A DNA stretch of 63,882 nucleotides, the filler included, from Octopus bimaculoides (taxonomy: Eukaryota), in NCBI RefSeq assembly GCF_001194135.2. It is 7 parts of 6 records of this genome, joined end to end, with 100 filler letters (N's around TTAATTAATTAA, not from the genome) between each part and the next. Parts side by side here need not be neighbours in the genome. Positions count along the whole stretch, not along the records: positions 62,808 to 63,882 come from NC_068982.1; 6 more parts are not named here. One strand, given 5' to 3'. The translations under genes and the position numbers were made by a program. The notes under the pieces are model-generated. The model ran no database searches and was not told the DNA's origin. It saw only the letters and a list, made by a program, of their open reading frames with translations. This document shows positions 63,687 through 63,882 of the stretch, in pieces. How positions within the stretch are numbered: the first letter of the stretch is position 1; each line of letters begins with the position of its first letter.

Positions 63687-63760
63687 TGGCCGGATAACTG
63701 AAGAGATGCTGGCGTGGGTTCCCACCCCGGCATCCGAAACTCGGAGTTTTATCATGGCTA
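63687..63760 (+). ncRNA. Type I hammerhead ribozyme with long GC-rich stem II
   Basis: GAUAA-CUGAAGA-GAUGCUGGCGUGGGUUCCCACCCCGGCAUCC-GAAA-CU-CGG-AG-UU^UUAUC. Stem I GAUAA/UUAUC extended by UGGCC/GGCUA, stem II about 12-13 bp, GUU triplet. Confidence 0.85.
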
Positions 63761-63847
63761 CCGAATAAGTGTCACATATTTTTACAGATAAATTCCTCTA
63801 TTTACATAATGTCGAGGTCTCTTTCTTTCTTTTGTTGTCCTTTCTAT

Positions 63848-63882
<35 letters not shown>

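Overview
AT-rich, microsatellite-saturated, gapped animal genomic scaffold. The repeat families suggest an octopus or other coleoid cephalopod (inference, not database-checked). Only one host protein-coding gene is supportable: a KLF15-type Kruppel-like factor with a single-exon CDS on the minus strand (47776-49032), a likely upstream non-coding exon and a promoter near 50.0-50.7 kb. The rest is mobile-element debris: several tRNA-derived SINE families, RTE and REL-type LINE remnants, pogo/Tigger, hAT-, piggyBac- and Merlin-like MITEs, and three clear plus two weaker Penelope-like element (PLE) GIY-YIG endonuclease remnants. The most striking unannotated signal is a set of type I hammerhead ribozyme (HHR) motifs read directly from the sequence. 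Five have the CUGANGA and GAAA core plus paired stems I and III: 14145-14206 (-), 18460-18502 (-), 53176-53239 (+), 53622-53684 (-) and 63687-63760 (+). A half copy lies exactly 310 nt upstream of the 53.2 kb one. The 53.6 kb ribozyme sits about 130 nt downstream of a PLE GIY-YIG stop codon and faces its sister ribozyme across a (TA)n/(CA)n tract, with different but still base-paired stem I sequences. This looks like a Penelope/retrozyme-like self-cleaving RNA system 2-4 kb upstream of the putative KLF15 promoter. Activity and novelty are untested. Almost all ORF-track entries are translated microsatellites or N gaps.
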